Both the position numbers and the translations under genes were made by a program. Positions 63,709 to 64,000 of a stretch of 64,000 bases of DNA are shown in pieces; the stretch's first letter is position 1; each line of letters starts with the position of its first letter. The notes below the pieces were generated by a model. The model did no database searches. It was not told where the DNA came from and saw nothing but the letters and a program-made list of their open reading frames with translations. The stretch comes from a virus (taxonomy: Duplodnaviria; Caudoviricetes), in the IMG/VR virus record IMGVR_UViG_3300048852_000007, positions 1 through 64,000 of that record; one strand, given 5' to 3'.

Positions 63709-63897
63709 ATGCCGCTGTACGAAGTCGATGTGCTTGAGACCTGTGTGGCTCACAAGCTGTACCTGGTCATAGCCGACAACCCACGGCACGCCAGGGAGAT
63801 GGCGGAAATCGGGAATACTTTCAAGGAAGAGTACATCGCAGACATGGGCGTCACTGATCGCCAACTCATGGACAGCGTGAAGGAGATCGAGCGGTGA
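63709..63897 (+). CDS. Hypothetical protein, 62 aa
   Basis: TGAACTAAGGAG RBS. Confidence 0.7.
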   Translation: MPLYEVDVLETCVAHKLYLVIADNPRHAREMAEIGNTFKEEYIADMGVTDRQLMDSVKEIER

Positions 63898-64000
63898 GCG
63901 GTTCCACCAATCTCTACCGAGCCAGTCCCCGTAAGATCCGCAAGCACATCACTCGCTGCTTCTTCTCTGGTCTGGTTCCTTTTGTGAAGAGCAGCCCTGG
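63894..64000 (+). CDS. 5' end of a probable N4 gp24-like AAA ATPase (truncated by window)
   Basis: GTGA overlap; frame reads ...SGLVPFVKSSP(G), the lead-in to a Walker A motif. Confidence 0.6.
   Translation, partial: MSGSTNLYRASPRKIRKHITRCFFSGLVPFVKSSP

Noticed and set aside
1-64000. tRNA genes, CRISPR arrays, integrase, reverse transcriptase, transposases, inteins/introns in polymerases
   Set aside because: No cloverleaf with a TTCGA loop, no regularly spaced repeat-spacer array, and no such motifs seen; polymerase, terminase and nrdB frames are uninterrupted

Overview
This window is most of an N4-like (Schitoviridae-type) podovirus genome, circularly permuted. It starts at the tail end of the helicase gene and ends inside the gene for a gp24-like AAA ATPase, so the middle block between those two genes is missing. 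Layout: (i) 1-11.4 kb, + strand, replication module (family-A DNA polymerase, PD-(D/E)XK nuclease, primase, AAA ATPase, SSB, RuvC-like resolvase); (ii) 11.4-48.6 kb, - strand, late module (3638-aa virion RNA polymerase, ejection proteins, major capsid, portal, GH19 endolysin with holin, two beta-helix tailspikes, terminase, and a chain of small accessory genes); (iii) about 50.07-50.53 kb, a non-coding palindrome/repeat-rich stretch that is probably the collapsed terminal repeat; (iv) 50.5-64 kb, + strand, early/middle region with three vRNAP hairpin promoters, gp1, gp2, two-subunit RNAP II, Ig-fold capsid decoration protein, and nrdB. The host is probably an alphaproteobacterium (inference from the small-gene families). 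Family calls come from recognised motifs and N4 gene order, not from database searches. Most notable observations: an ADP-ribosyltransferase-like domain inside the virion RNA polymerase just before its catalytic core; a roughly 370-nt structured non-coding element with kissing-loop complementarity at 10.43-10.80 kb; a 12-bp junction motif TGAACCAAGGAG present in 12 perfect copies on the early/middle strand; a ribosomal L7/L12-CTD-like early protein; and several unannotated micropeptides and candidate sRNAs.
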